Part shown: positions 63,626 through 64,000 of the stretch, one piece after another
How positions within the stretch are numbered: position 1 is the first letter of the stretch
Layout: every line of letters begins with the position of its first letter
Assembly (NCBI GenBank): GCA_951406725.2
Contig: OX597824.1
Coordinates: 47,802,001-47,866,000, forward strand
DNA from: Octopus vulgaris
Taxonomy: Eukaryota
Reading direction: 5' to 3'
Length of the DNA stretch: 64,000 bases
Translations under genes and position numbers: made by a program
Notes under the pieces: generated by a model
Database searches by the model: none
What the model was told of the DNA's origin: nothing
The model's input: only the letters and a program-made list of their open reading frames with translations

Positions 63626-63804
63626 TAATTCAGTCTTCAGCAGACAGTGAAAGTATATAATAAAAGCATATTTTACTAACTATGCATGTTGAATGCATAT
63701 AACATACTTCCAAGGATTAGGAGGAGGTAAGCAAAGAGTAAACAGAAGCCTTTTTTTGCCTTCTAACAAGATACTTATCTACACACACACACACAACTGA
63801 CCTA

Positions 63805-64000
63805 GAGATAGCAGGTGTGTTGTGAGTGGATTTGGTAAACAGAAACTGAACGAAACCCATTATGTATGTGTGTGAGTTCCCCATCACCATGTGACAACTG
63901 ATATTGGTGTTTATGTCCCTGTGACATAAACAGTTCAGCAAAAGAAACTGACAGAATAAGTACCAAGCTTAAAAAAATAAGATCTGGGGTCGGTTTGTTC
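63805..64000 (+). mobile_element. 3' half of a CORE-like SINE
   Basis: gtgagtggatttggtaaacagaaactgaa...aataagtaccaagcttaaaa. Confidence 0.7.

Overview
AT-rich, repeat-dense animal genomic DNA. The SINE/RTE repertoire and microsatellites suggest an octopus or other coleoid cephalopod (inference). Two host genes lie on the minus strand. (1) A NuMA/Mud-family spindle protein: 18 phase-consistent GT-AG exons traced by hand from 58444 to 23281 (6003 nt, 2001 codons), including a 3.4-kb coiled-coil exon and C-terminal motifs matching the NuMA LGN/microtubule-binding region and the SMAFxIxNTPK CDK site. Its N-terminus lies beyond the window and its last exon is uncertain. (2) The first coding part of a DcpS scavenger decapping enzyme (278 to <1). 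The rest is transposon-derived: a near-intact RTE LINE with ~350-bp tandem 5' monomers and a PHD-type finger in its RT region, degraded RTE copies, several SINE families, mariner, piggyBac-like, hAT and Helitron-type remnants, a probable solo LTR and a Penelope-like RT fragment. Three long inverted repeats carry hammerhead-ribozyme-like cores, one perfect with an intact minimal hammerhead. All calls come from manual reading and recalled motifs; no database searches were run.
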